Shown: positions 28,037-41,399, numbered from the stretch's first letter. The stretch: 64,000 bases of DNA from Torpedo marmorata (GCA_977017645.1 OZ360234.1:16368001-16432000), one strand, 5' to 3'. Program-made: numbers and translations. The notes: generated by a model from the sequence alone, not told the origin.

Positions 28037-28822
28037 CAGGCATACCCTGTATAACACGGTAAATACGTTCCAAGCAAGTTCAGTGCTATGGAAAACCACA
28101 CTGTTCAAAGCATTATTACAATGCATTTTAATGTAATACGTTCCAATCCTATAAAAGGGATATATAAAACTGATCTTTATTGGCAATAGATCTTTATTGG
28201 CAATAAGTGAACATCGTTTATTTAAGAAAATATTTGTCTAATGTAGATTTGCGTCAAATTGCCCACATGAGACTTTCACCAAAGTTAGATCGGTACCACC
28301 ACGGGATAGTGCAGGGAGCCCAATCACAGCGGGGACAGCAATAACTTTCAACACAGCCACTTAACTCTCTCTATTCCACAGCTCAGCACCTATATTTCAA
28401 ATATTTTAAACTAGAGTTTTTCAAAGTATTGAGGTGGTTTAAATAAAGGTAAAGGTTCCATTATTGTCACGTAATACTACATTGAGAATGTAACATACAT
28501 GAAATTCTTTAATTTTTGTCTACCGTAAGGCAGACAGAGAGTTGCTACTTTGTCCAGCGCCCCTCACAGAAACCTACAGCACCTGGTGTTCCTAGGCGGT
28601 CTCCCCTCCAAGTATTGACCAGTCCTGTGCCTGCTTAGCTTCCGAGATCGTCAGGGTGGATGGCTGAAGTGGAAGGTGTGTTCCACTTCAATATTCAATT
28701 CCACAAATAGCAACAATAATGAAACTTTAACGTTGCAAATTTCAAACTGCAGGTCAGAAATTTCAAACCGCGTTATATCAAAACCCGCGCTGTTCGAAAC
28801 CGTGTTATACAGGGTATGCCTG
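28037..28822. mobile_element. Tigger1-like non-autonomous element (MITE)
   Basis: Perfect 24-bp TIR CAGGCATACCCTGTATAACACGGT with TA on both sides; no transposase. Confidence 0.9.
28445..28670 (-). mobile_element. 5S rRNA-derived SINE (SINE3-type) nested in the MITE
   Basis: Head CAGCCATCCACCCTGA[deletion]CGATCTCGGAAGCTAAGCAGG...TACTTGGAGGGGAGACCGCCTAGGAACACCAGGTGCTGTAGGTTT matches vertebrate 5S with an internal deletion. About 125-nt body and ACCTTT tandem tail. Confidence 0.85.
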
Positions 28823-30310
28823 TACTTCCTACTTCACAGGTCGACTATTGCCATTATTTTTGTCCAGTTACTTTGGACCAGACCCATTTCTCATTGAAAT
28901 TAGCCTTGTTGTTCACACGCTAATTATTTCTTCCTCTTTGCAGAGCATATAATTTTACATTTTTCCCCCCAAATGTCATTTGTTCCACTTGATTTCTTGG
29001 AACTATAAAGCAATACTTCATTAAATTAAAAAACGGATCTATACAGTCAAAGGTGTATTCCCCACTTTAAACATATGCATTACCTTTAACCACAGATAGA
29101 CTGGTATGGTAAAAAAAAAAAAATCACAGATGAGCAGGTTGCTGGGATACAAATCGTTTCTTCACATCAGCTGGCACACGATTGCAGACAACCTCCTGTA
29201 ACAGTAAATGTACTTCAAGCCATAATAAGTTTATTAATGAAAGATGCAGAAATGAAAAGAATTACACATCCACTAAACTAGATTATTTCACGAAATTGTC
29301 AGTGAAAGATCCTTGATGAAGTAGCAATAAGTAAATCTAGTTCCTGTATTCAGAAAGAAAATGTAGCAAATAACTGGGTTGATGAACATTGGAGATAAAT
29401 TTCTCGATAGCATTCACAGAACGAACGCTAACACAGATATCCCTTTGTTTATAAAGACATAATACAGCTCAAGTCTGGAATAGTTACGGTAAAACTAGAA
29501 TTAAAGCTTGTGAGCATAGATAGCAACCAGTTTAGTTGGATCATCAAAAAAATAAATAGTTTCTCAACTGCTTTATCAAGAATGTGCATAAATTGAGTAA
29601 TAATTTAATAAATGACAGTTTCACAGCTGGTGCAGACCAATATTTATCTGTCTGGGACAGTAAACATCATCATGAGATTGCTTGTCATATAATTTGAAAT
29701 TATGAAACAAGACAACTGTAATGCCATTAAATATGCTCACAACACAAGCTTGTATGGGGTAGCTCATGTTTATAAAATATGATCTTCAGAATGATTTCTA
29801 TCAATTATGTAATATGGTAGATTGTATTCCTCTGTCTAGTCATGTTAGAATAAAGTACAAAAAGAACATAAAAAGACCATCAAAATCCAGGACAAATAAA
29901 GAGCAATTAGCCAGTCTGCCCATAAAAGCACCTGGTCTATGCCTATCAAAATAAGCAAGACAGGATGGTAACTGCATCTCAAAAGCACTGAATTGGCTCC
30001 AGGACATTTTTGACTTCTTAACTGTGAAATATGTTTCATATACATGCTAGTTTTCAACATGCCAGAGTGAAAACAGAATGATCCATGAAGCTAATTTAGA
30101 AGAACTTCAGTGGAAGCATCACAATCCTTTCAGATAAAGGATTTTTTTAAAAAGTAGGAAAACAAATGGCAAGCAAACTTTTTAATTACTATGACACTTC
30201 AGGAATAATCAAATTCTCTCCTGAAGCAAAGTTGGAGATCAAGTCTTGCTACCATGATCATGTTAAAATCAAATTATGAACCATGTGAAACTTTTTTTTT
30301 TTTTTTTAAA

Positions 30311-30550
30311 AGGCGGCATGGTTAGCACAAGCGCTATTACAGTGCCAGCGACCCACGTTCAAATCAGGTGCTGCCTGTAAGGAGTTTGGACATTCTCCTT
30401 GTGTCTACATGGGTTTCCTCCAGGTGCTCAGCTTTCCTCCCACCCTCCAAAAAAAAAGCCATACGGGGGTTGTAGGTGAATTGGGTTGTTTTGGCGACAT
30501 GGGCTCGTGGGCCAGAAAGGCCTGTTACTGTACTGTATGATAAAAAAAAA
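30311..30550 (+). mobile_element. V-SINE-like element
   Basis: GGCGGCATGGTTAGC head, GTTCAAATC B box, central domain and GGCCTGTTACTGTACTGTATG tail. Confidence 0.85.
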
Positions 30551-31394
30551 TTAAAAATTAAAAAGGGCTGTATCAGTAATATTTGAAAAGCAGAATTGAA
30601 GGCTGATCATTTTCATTACAGAAATTGTCAAAAGCAAAGCAACTTTTAACTGCAGGAAAGCAAGGTAAAAACTGGAGGCAAAACATACAGGCAATGTATG
30701 GAGTTCACCTTTCCTGTATATGCATGGATTTCCTTGCATTGAGCCTATTATTACAGGACTGACTTACAAACTTTCTGCAATAATGACTTATTTTAAGTAA
30801 AATCCCACTTGGCTACTTTAAACATTTTCAGGAAACATTCAGGTCTCTCATCCCACTATTATTAAAAAAGTTTTACAAAATTGAAGTGTGTCTAATCTTG
30901 GGTCTCACAAAGAATGGAAAGATGGAAACGGGGTTAAAAGATCCAAATCATCATCAAGTGGATGATGAACATTCAATAAAAAAAAAAATTTTCACAACGT
31001 TAAACACTCACCTTTGAGAATCAAGTCTGGAGAACTATTTAGCGAATTTAGTCATTTAGTTTTGGATGTACCAATCTGCTGACCACCAAATAGCATTTAA
31101 GCTTGGGATACGAAAAAAATAGTGACTAGTTTATCTACAAATCTTGGACAAAAAATGGAAGAACTGAATTTTCTTCTCTCTCTGTGACAACTTCAAAAAG
31201 GAAAAGTCTGGTTTCACCTATAAAGAAATTTAACATATTCCTACCAACTCTCATTACTCACCTAAAATGATCAAAATCAAAAGGCAACAACATTTTCTTC
31301 AAAAATTGAATAAAATGCTGCTCAGAAATGAGCAGCAGTGTTATATATTCGTTTTTTAAAAAAACAACAGGGCTGTAAATGAATACATTACAAT

Positions 31395-32265
31395 AAAGGA
31401 AAGATTGCCGAGAACTTTATTTGCATCTTAAAGCGTGTATTGCAACGTATACCAAGCAACTGTGAACAAACTGGAGGGTATCAAGTTCAAAAAGGTGGGT
31501 TTATATTTGATTTATTTTCCTGCAAGCCAGGCTTTTTTTTTTTCCGGGGACCAGGTGAATTTTAATTCTAATGTCCCATCCCACAAATATAATTGATTCC
31601 TGTTAGATATGGTTGGTAGTTTCAAATATTTCAAGCTTAGACCGACCAAAAACAGAATTCACCATATCCTTCAAAAGCCAACACAGCATGGTATGGTCAA
31701 TGAACCTCAATTCTGCCTATTTCATGAAAATAAGCTTAAGCCCATTCCACATTCCCACAAACTCAAATGCAAACCCACCTATTGCCTATGTTTCTTCCCC
31801 CAACTCCATCTACTATATTTAAAATACTAAACACATCAATACAAAGCCTTCAGCAATACAAAATAAAAACACACAAGCCATTTGAGATTCCAATTTTACT
31901 GTCTGAAATCACTTAAAAAAAAAAAAACCAAAAATCACAAAAGACGAAATTGTTCCAGAAGACCATTTCATTAAAGGTGGTGCTAGAGTAGCTAAACAAA
32001 TATCAAAATAGTAACATCTCAGTGAGACTTTTTTTTTCAAAATTCTCTGCAACTTGTGCATTACATTATGTACATTGTGGATTACTGAAACATATCATGC
32101 ACATTCACTAAATACATCCAACAGGAAGTTAAAAGAATATTTGAAACAGTAAAATACCAAAAAGACCTTGTGTACTAAAGCTCATTACAAATGATACAAT
32201 CTGCAAAGATACTTGAGGCAATTAAGTGGAATGGCTAAAGGCTACTGTATTTTTCAGGTCTGTAT
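31395..32265 (-). other. Putative 3' UTR of the NONO-like gene
   Basis: Repeat-free U-rich sequence between the stop codon and the AATAAA at 31416-31421; the end point is approximate. Confidence 0.55.
31416..31421 (-). terminator. Candidate polyadenylation signal AATAAA
   Basis: AATAAA followed about 20-60 nt later by U/GU-rich sequence (TTTATTGTAATGTATT...TGTTGTTTTTT). A second AATAAA lies at 31511-31516. Confidence 0.5.
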
Positions 32266-32403
32266 TTAGTATCTACGGCGTTTGTTTGCACCAAACTCTC
32301 CAACTTGATTTCCACGGGGAAACCCAGCAGGGCTGCCAACCATCGGTCCGCCCATGTTATTTGCTTGACCATCCATATTTCCAGGAACAAATCGATCATT
32401 AGG
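32266..32403 (-). CDS. NONO: NONO-like terminal coding exon (PNDRFVPGNMDGQANNMGGPMVGSPAGFPRGNQVGEFGANKRRRY*)
   Basis: TAATAG acceptor at 32404-32405, 45 codons then TAA at 32266-32268. C-terminal NKRRRY is the nuclear-localisation tail shared by NONO and PSPC1; GEFGANKRRRY resembles NONO AEFAPNKRRRY. Confidence 0.9.
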   Translation of the reverse strand, partial: PNDRFVPGNMDGQANNMGGPMVGSPAGFPRGNQVGEFGANKRRRY

Positions 32404-32633
32404 CTATTAATTTAGTTTAAAAACGTAGGATTGGACATGAGTGTTCATTGCAAGTCCAACGTAGATTTAACATTAGGCAGGTTGAGAATCCCCCATTGGA
32501 ACGATGAAAGTCAGCAGGGTCCAGAAGTACCGATAAAAAAAGGGAAAGGGGTAATCACATTAGACTTAAGATAATAATAAACTTAGGGAAACATTTCAGC
32601 ACCTCCCACTTTCCATCTGTGCACAGCACTTAC

Positions 32634-32638
32634 CAAAA
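32634..32638 (-). other. Candidate 5-nt micro-exon (TTTTG) in the last intron
   Basis: About 55-nt U-rich AG-free tract, then TTTTATCAG|TTTTG|GTAAGT. No transcript evidence is available here. Confidence 0.45.
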
Positions 32639-33637
32639 CTGATAAAATACACATGTACAAAATGAAATAAAAATAGGAAAACAAAATGAAAGTCAACAAC
32701 TTTCAGACACATCAACAACTGTAGCCCTACAAACACACACACTAAATAGTCAGAAGTTATCACTTTTATAGAATGGTACATGCTCCTACAGTACCCCGAT
32801 AATATAATGAACTACGGTCACAAAATGATGTACACAAAAACTCGCATTTTCATTAGTCAGCGTCTACACAACAACAGATTCCAGGTTTTACTTCTGTTTG
32901 TGCAGTTAATAAATCACTTAACTGGGAGATAAATACCGTACTCCCTTTAGAAGCATGCTCAAAGACCTGGGCTTGAGTGGAAAAGCTCAGTTCTCAAAAA
33001 ACCCAAGAGACAGGGTAGGCCCACATGTGAAATGGTGACAAAGTTAGGAATCAGCTTCTCCAAAGAGGGGAAATATTGGAAAAATAAATACTAAACGTGC
33101 TTGAAGCAAATTATCAAAGCAAACTATTCCACAGGCAAGATGAACTAAAACCTATAAATATGAAACACAATATATGTTAAAGCACAATAAAAAGATTACT
33201 TTCTGTTGTCCACATTCACACAGGGAAAGACAAGTGTATGTCACTTATTCCTTCCCTCTCATAACATTTATCAAATTGCACCACTACAAAATAGATTATG
33301 CCCTCACATCAAGTGTTCAAAAATTTCTATATTTAAAAATCACAGAATGTATTTCTGATCATCTCAAAAATGTTGCAAAGCAATTTCAGCTCTGGTGCCC
33401 TTGCCTGGGAAAGGGTGGGAGAATGAGTAATCAGGTCCAAAAAAAAAATAAAAAATCACATACCCACTCTTTCTATAAAAGATCCATAAAAAGCCAATGC
33501 CAGCATTTGATGCAATTTATGTGTTAGGTCTTTTTTTCATATTAACTATCCAAAACACAAGGCAATGGCTATTTCAGAAAGGAATGAGAAAGGACAGTTG
33601 TGCAGATATACAAAACGAGCAACAGCACAAAAGCTTA

Positions 33638-35326
33638 CCTTGTATACTCGTGTAATCGTCGAATTTTTGGACCAATTATTTTTGGTCAAATTTGGGAGGG
33701 GAGGGTCGACTTTTACACAAGTCAAAACTTTTGACCGCGTTAAGTACCTGCGTCGTTCAAGGCGTTGGGAGTTCAGATGGTGAGTCCGTGTTTGGGGCGT
33801 TGGGAGCTCGGATGGGCCGTGGCGAGGTTCCATGGTCGAGAGCTCCGGTGGGCGGGTGGCCAGGGCCTCGGGAGCTCCAGCGGGTGGGTGGCCAAGGCGA
33901 GGATCCGCGGTCAAGGCGTCAGGAGCTCAGGTGGGCGGGCAATCGGGGCCAAAACAAATCTCATAGTTTTTCGATTAGTTTACTAAGAAGGATGACGAGG
34001 GGAAGGCTGTGGATGTTGTCTATATGGACTTTAGTAAGGCATTTGACAAGGTTCCGCAAAAGAGGCTCGTTAGGAAGGTTCAAGCATTAGGTATTAACGA
34101 CGAAGTAGTGAAATGGATTCAACAATGGTTGGATAGGAGATGCCAAAGTAGTGGTGGAAAATTGTTTGTCAAATTGGAGGCCGGTGACAAGTGGAGTGCC
34201 TCAGGGATCTCAGTACCTCAGGGATCGGTACTGGGTCTATTGTTGTTTGTCATATATATTAATGATCTAGATGATAGGGTGATAAATTGGATTAGTAAGT
34301 ATGCAGATGATACGAAGATTGGTGGTGTTGTGGACAGTGAAGAGGGATATCAAAGCTTGCAGGGGGATATAGGACAGTTAGAAGAGTGGGCGGAAACATG
34401 GCAGATGGAATTTAATACTGATAAATGTGAGGTGCTACATTTTGGTAGGACTAATCAGCAAAGGTCATACATGTTAAATGGAAGACAATTGAGGAGTGCA
34501 GTAGAACAGAGGGATTTAGGAATTCTGGTACATAATTCCCTGAAAGTTGAGTCACACGTAGATAGGGTGGTGAAGAAAGCATTTGGTACGTTGGCCTTCA
34601 TAAATCAGAGTATTGAATACAGGAGTTGGGATGTCATGTTGAAGTTGTATAAGGCATTTGTGAGGCCAAATTTGGAATATTGTGTGCAGTTTTGGTCGCC
34701 GAATTATAGGAAGGATATAAACAGAATAGAGAAGAGTGCAGAGGAGATTTACAAGAATGTTGCCTGGGTTTCTGGGTTTGAGTTACAGGGAAAGGTTGAA
34801 CAGGCTGGGACTTTATTCCCTGGAGCATAGAAGGTTGAGGGGTGATTTGATAGAGGTATTTAAAATTATGAAGGGGACAGATAAGAGTCAACGTGGACAG
34901 GCTTTTTCCATTGAGAGTGGGGAGATTCAAACAAGAGGGCATGGATTGAGATTGAAGGGGGAAAAGTTTAGAGGGAACATGAGGGGGAATTTCTTCACTC
35001 ATTGGGTGGTGGGAGGGTGGAACGAGCTTCCAGCCTTAGATGCAGGTTCGATTTTAATGTTTATGGAAAAGTTGGATAGGTATATGAACGAGAGAGTTGT
35101 GGAGGGTTATGGGCTGGTTGCGGGTCAGTGGGACTAGGTGGGAGAAGGTGTTCGGCATGGACTAGAAGGGACGAACTGGCCTGTTTCTGTGCTGTTAAGT
35201 GTTATATGGTTTATATGGTTAAAAAGGGGGTTGACTTTTACACGGGTCATACGAAAACATGTGATTTTTCAGGTGGGGGGGAGATCGACAATTACACGGT
35301 ATCGACGATTACACAAGTAGATACGG
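33638..35326. mobile_element. CCGTA-ended (Tc2-like) non-autonomous DNA element, interrupted by CR1
   Basis: TA-flanked imperfect 25-bp TIRs CCTTGTATACTCGTGTAATCGTCGA / CCGTATCTACTTGTGTAATCGTCGA; internal GTCGAC-type motifs and GC-rich repeats. Confidence 0.75.
33952..35220 (+). mobile_element. 5'-truncated CR1 LINE (RT domain to 3' end)
   Basis: DVVYMDFSKAFDKV, VPQGSVLG, KYADD, LVRP-like FVRPNLEYCVQFWSP, RLRGDLIEVFKI; frameshifted; TATATGGTT tandem tail. Confidence 0.93.
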
Positions 35327-37754
35327 TAAATCCCAATTGCTACATTATCTCGGTAAGGAAAGTGAGGTTTGGGGCTGTGGGGCAGAGGATAAAATAAAGT
35401 CATCTGCTCAGATTTTTAAAAATAGTGATTGAAATTATAGTTCTACACTAAAAAAGCAAACAATAGTTTCAAAACTTTAAATCCCAAACAAATGCAAATG
35501 CATTGCTTTGTCCTCAATCTTACAACCTCTGGAACATCATCTTCCAAATCAAACAATTTCCACTCATTTTGATGCAGTTTTTGTTGCATTTTGTTGCAAA
35601 CTGTTTACGAGGTCAAAAGTGTAAAAAGACATTGAATGTTATTTTTGGAAGAACATTCTGCAATCTTCCATTTTAAAATTAGAAAACAGTCAGTGAATAT
35701 CAGTATTTTACCATGTTCAACCGTCAGTGGTAAGAAATAAATTGGTATCATCTGCAATGAACAACTTTCAAGGCCAATTGTTTGGAGAGTAGAGATAAGG
35801 TGGGAAAGGGGTAGGATAAATAAGGAGTTTTTATGCACGATTCTGTGTATTGTGGTCATCATTCTAATTGATATTAATGGTCTGGATAAAAGTCATGCCA
35901 AAAAAAATATATCCATAATCTACTCATCGATCCCTGTCAAAATTGCACGTGGTTATGAGCAAAATCTAGATCAACTCTCACTGGCATTTTCCTGAGCCTA
36001 TTCCTACATTAAACCGTCATTCAAGGAACTTAACCAGAGAAAGATAAAACTACAGAAAACTTTTAAACAAAAAAAAAGATTTACGCAATGGTACAAACGC
36101 ACCAGTAAAGTGCATGTTTGAAATCATTCAAATGTACATGATCAAAGGTGTCTTATCAGTAATAAATATAAGTAAAGAATTATTACAAAAGTTGACAATT
36201 AGTGGAAGGGACAATGAAATCCACGAACTGCATTCAGCATTCTTACTTTCATGACCCAACAATTTTTGCTGGCAGACATATTGACTGGTAGTCAATACAT
36301 GCAAAGGATGATTAAATAGCTGTTGAATAACTCATTTTTCCCTTTTCAGTTTACAATTCCATTTCACTGAAAGAATTTACACATAGTTTAATAATTTTCA
36401 GAAATCCTTAAAAATATTTTATCCAGTTGTAGTCATATTGAAACTATGCAACCTAGAAATTATTGGACGCTCGAACTCTTAAAAGTTATTGACATCTGTA
36501 AATATTGACATGGGTTACCACAAGATTGAAAACATAACTATGTCAATAAACTCAGTCGTGAATAAAGAAATAGCTGTCAGAAGGACTAACGATGAATCTG
36601 CAGAAAAGCACTGAGATACTTCTGGCGCACAAACTGCAACATCACTATCAGCACGTGTATTCAGCAGATTTAAATTGTTGCATTACCGGTACATATTTTT
36701 CCATAACAAATAGATTGTCCTCCTGGGTCACGACACGACAGGTTCAAATGAGCAAACATTGGGGGAGCTTTGGTAGTCATAATCAAATTGCAGAGAAAAT
36801 CATAGCCATTTCTGAATGTACCCAAAAGAAACAGTCGCGAAATTCTCTACAGGAATATGAATAATGATCTGCGCTTTGAAAAAGTAATTACCGGTACTTA
36901 AGTGCTACTGGTTCTCAACTTTTTTTTCATACAATGATACAGACCAGTAATTTTAACTTATTTTGGCAACATTATTATATGAAATTTTCGTCAACCTATC
37001 ACTGGCCCATTTTGTGCTGTAAATTTCCATGTATAACTAAGGCAGCAGCCAGTGGGATTAAATTTCACAAAAAGCTGCTGGAAAACATAATTGTGTATTT
37101 AATATACAAATGGTATGTCCTGGAATATGAAGATTTGTGCCCTTGACATGTAAATAGGTAAATATTCAACCCTATTTTTTTCAATAATCTACCCAATACT
37201 ACATTTTTCTAAAACGGATGGAATTCAAGCTACTTGTTACATCATTTAGAAACTACAATTTCAAGAAACTAGCCAGTTTCGGCAAAAATAATCCAGTAAC
37301 TGTAACAAAACTAATCTGTATGTCATAACGGTAACTCACACCACTGAAGACTGTTCTGTAATGCAAGAGTTAAGGATATAGTTAAAAATAATTTTACTAA
37401 ATATATTCAAAAATATTGTTTCACATTTCTGTTGACTGCCCCTCTACACTGTTTGCCAAAATGAGTGAATTTGTTAAGTTTTGGGACACAATTTAAGGAA
37501 TACTAGATTAGTTTGAACTGAAAGCATATTGGCATCTCACCTGAAACACAATTAGTCTGGAACAACAATAATTTGCACCACCTAATCCATTTTAATACCA
37601 CAATTAAAATTTTTCATTAATGGTTTAATTTTTTAACCAGCATCTATGAGATTTGCAGTCATATAATTAGGTTTAGAATTGCTTCCATTCAAAACAGAAA
37701 AATGATTTCCACAGTGGAAAAAAAAACACAAATGCTACTGTGTAAGGTGCAACT

Positions 37755-37893
37755 NNNNNNNNNNNNNNNNNNNNNNNNNNNNNNNNNNNNNNNNNNNNNN
37801 NNNNNNNNNNNNNNNNNNNNNNNNNNNNNNNNNNNNNNNNNNNNNNNNNNNNNNNNNNNNNNNNNNNNNNNNNNNNNNNNNNNNNNNNNNNNN
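37755..37893. other. Assembly gap (139 N)
   Basis: Run of N. Confidence 1.
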
Positions 37894-39952
37894 GTCAACA
37901 AGTTTTGAAAATTTCCATTTATACAAGAGAACTCTGGGAAACAAAACTCTACAATGCCCCTTCGAAGTGACAATAAACAACACAGGTCATTGTATAAATT
38001 GGTACAAATGGACTCAAAAGATATCTTAGAAATTACTGGACAAATGAAATTGAATAATTTGGTTACATGGCTGGCTGAAAAATGGCCTGTTGGGCATCAA
38101 GAGTTTCAAGCTTCTAAAATGTATTTGCAGTTGTTGACACAATGGTGATTTGACACAAACTCCTTGTACCATCAAAAGTAATTTAGGTATCCATGTTCCA
38201 TCATTGCCTTTTATTTCCGTACATAATCTGCATTTACTCACTATGTACATAAACAAATGGTTTGGCACATCCTGTTCAAGAACAGATGGTGGTACTGCTT
38301 ATGGAATGCATGACTCGAGGTTTAGTACACGCTTGCTAATTATGTATTCATCATAGTCAACCTCCTGTGACACTTCAGAGAGTAAAAAACCAAGTGCAAT
38401 TTACACAAGATAGGACTTCACCCCAAAGTCGTATATTCTGCCCATAATTTTTCATTATAAATTCCTATTTCCACATTTAAAATGGAAAATGTAGAAGCTG
38501 AGCACAAATATTCTCATTCCAGTGGAGAAGCTACAATACCTTCACTGGTGGGGGCCATGTAATTTTACCTTCCATTAAGTGATATTTGGAATGTGACATT
38601 TACAGACCTGTCAATAGTATATGCCATTGAAACATATTCCATGTTAAAGATTATGTAGTAACTTGCTTTCCAGACAACTGAGGAGCATTAAACAGTTAAG
38701 TGTGCACAAAATTAGATCAACAGAATACAAAAAATGAATTTCAGAAGTTTCCCAAAAGTATTTTCTTCTGAGGGGTTAAATTTTACTCATTTAAACTCAA
38801 GCCTCTTCCTCAACATTTCCAGAAGTCTGCATTGAAACTTTCCCCTTAGCTTTACTTCGACTTTATTTAAATTCATTCCTATATCTCATGGTCACCATAA
38901 ACCTAGTTTATTCTTTTACTAAACTTCATGTTAATAGTTATGCAGACGTTGGTCCAGTAGGATTCCAGTCATAATTTATCCTGATCTACTCCAGAATGCA
39001 AGTGGATGTAAAGAGGTAAATTGAGAAACCAACTAAGAGCCTGAATATGATCAGGAATATTATTGAACATTAAAAACAAAAAAGCTGCTGAAGAATAACA
39101 TTCAAATCAGTGGTGTCAAAGAGAATTTACATTCCTAGATGGCAACTTGCCGATAAGAAAGTAACTGGGAAGTCAAAAATTTGCAACTTTCACACAGCTG
39201 CCTTGAAACAATGTATTATTAAATTCACCAAAAATCATTCTCATCATTCAATGTAAATATTACTTGAATTTAATGGCTGACTACCTATCACAACGCAAAC
39301 CTAGTACAATGGGGATCAGACGAAAAAGAGTCTTGTGAGAACTTAGAATCTAGAAAGCTTCTACATCTTAGAAGCTATACATTATTTAAACGCGTGCAGT
39401 TCTACTTGTCTTGAATAACTCCACGCCACTTCCAGACATTGGACTAACTCAACAGTCATTGTGCCATATACACAATGAGAAAAATGTTGATAGTGAATAT
39501 AAAATACAATTTACTAAAAATTGTACAATTTTGAAATATTGCCAACAATGGGATTACAAAGACAGATAATCCGTCGCTGCACATTTTAAGGACAAAATGA
39601 AGGCAATACTTTAAAAAGTTTCATTGAGGACATGACTGAATCTAGAAAAGGAAAACAATTTTCTCTTACAACAGGAAAAAGCATCAGTGGACTGACAGTG
39701 AACGTTACAAGTAGACAACATTTATCTTTTTGGAGTATTCAAAGTGCTCTACACCTTGCAGATAGTTAGAACTTCACAAAACCCTCAAACTTATCTGTGT
39801 ACTGTTTGATCTCACTTACATTGTTTTTCCCCACTAGCATGTGAAAGATTAAAACACCCTAAAACTTCAAGTTCATTATTTTTCTTCGGATATTTACAAC
39901 TTTAGTCTAAACATTATGTGTTATTAATATTTTACAATGTTTAATACATTAC

Positions 39953-40080
39953 CAATCCAATGTTGTTTTCTGGCATTTGGTTTCCCAGGCTTCCAGGTGG
40001 ACCTTGAGGTGGTGGTGCATTAGTATTCACAGTGGGTCTGTTCATTCCCATAAGTGGCTGCGGAACTTGGTTTGCAGAGG
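39953..40080 (-). CDS. NONO: NONO-like penultimate coding exon (ASANQVPQPLMGMNRPTVNTNAPPPQGPPGSLGNQMPENNIGL)
   Basis: TACTGAC branch point, TTGTCAG acceptor, TTG|GTAATG donor; 128 nt, phase 1 to 0. P/G/M/N-rich low-complexity tail; MPENNIGL resembles NONO MPDGTLGL. Confidence 0.85.
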
Positions 40081-41399
40081 CTGACAAGTACAGTACGTCA
40101 GTAAAATATTGACTGAATTTGCCATTCATCTAGTTGAGTACTAGCCCAAAAAAACAATAATAAAACCAAATTCTAACTCTTTACAAATGAAGTTTACATT
40201 ATTTTGTTTTGTATAAGCTCTAGTAGTCATTTATATTGCCTTGCTTTTGAAAGCCTTTCTGACAATGTCTCCACACAACTGTGTTTTAGGTTCTTTCACC
40301 AAGTAGTGCAAATATTGCAAAGTTTAAAATTCCATACCTGCTTTAAGATTTGAAAAATCAGCTGCAGTTAGTCCCACTAAAATGAATAGATACAGAAAAC
40401 AAAATTAAAAGGGGTCTAAGCTTTTCGATTTCAAATAAATATTGATCAATTTCATTCATATATTTGAAGGATTTCCACAAACTGCATTACGACAACTGAA
40501 ATTGAAAACTTAAATCATAAAACACAGGGGACGAACATATTTAAGAGCTTCACATTTCATTGTGATTCAACACTGGAGAAAATCCTTAAAGGAATGTTTT
40601 AATAGTAAGACTTCAAATGTCCAACTGATTCTGTGCTCCAGACTAAACTACATATTGATCGAATTTTGGGGATGTTTCAGCTTAGCTATTAGTTTCCATG
40701 AAGATAATTTAATTCAACAGGAAGGAAAGGAAGATATTTTCCTGCGTTCGTAAAACCAACAAAAACTGTCATTCTAATATTCTGCAATGTTCATCAGCAA
40801 ACAGGATGCATAGAACTAAAATTTAAATTCCTAAAATATCCACGTTTTCCTGATTCAGTCGACAGCCTAAGATCCAGTAGGTCATGTGGATCCCCAAAAC
40901 ATTTAATAAGACCATGACCTCAATGCGTAGGAAGAACACAACAGCAAACATAGACTAAGACAATTATTAAAGTTTAGAGAGAACACTACAACATTTAGTA
41001 AATAAATAGAATACAAATGATCTGGTTGCACAATTTATTTAAACACCTTTATTTCATTCTTTCGTGAGGAATGTCACATTTGGAACCCTCAAGGGGTCGA
41101 ATTTAACCTCAAAACATAAACCATTTGCACTAGAGAAAGAAAAGCACATTCTCATTGAACACAAGGTCAAGTACAAACAGCTTTTCACGATCAGAAGAAA
41201 ATAGGTATAATCTTACTTTTAATTAATACATTAACAAACATACAAAATGTGTATTGAAATGATTGTAGCAAATGCATTTCCCTGCAGCAGGGACTGAAAT
41301 CCCGAATTAAAAATATGGATGTGGGAGCTATTTAATTTATTTTATAAAACTTGGTCACTACAGTGAGGAACTACCACAGGCCCTCTAATGAAGGCATTA

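Noticed and set aside
28571-28670. Functional 5S rRNA gene
   Set aside because: Internal deletion, many substitutions, and a fused SINE body and tail.
37689-37983. ORFs spanning the N run
   Set aside because: Artefacts of the assembly gap.
40089-40095. TACAGTA as a Tc1 footprint within the exon's 3' splice region
   Set aside because: This 7-mer is common by chance in AT-rich DNA and there is no empty-site comparison.
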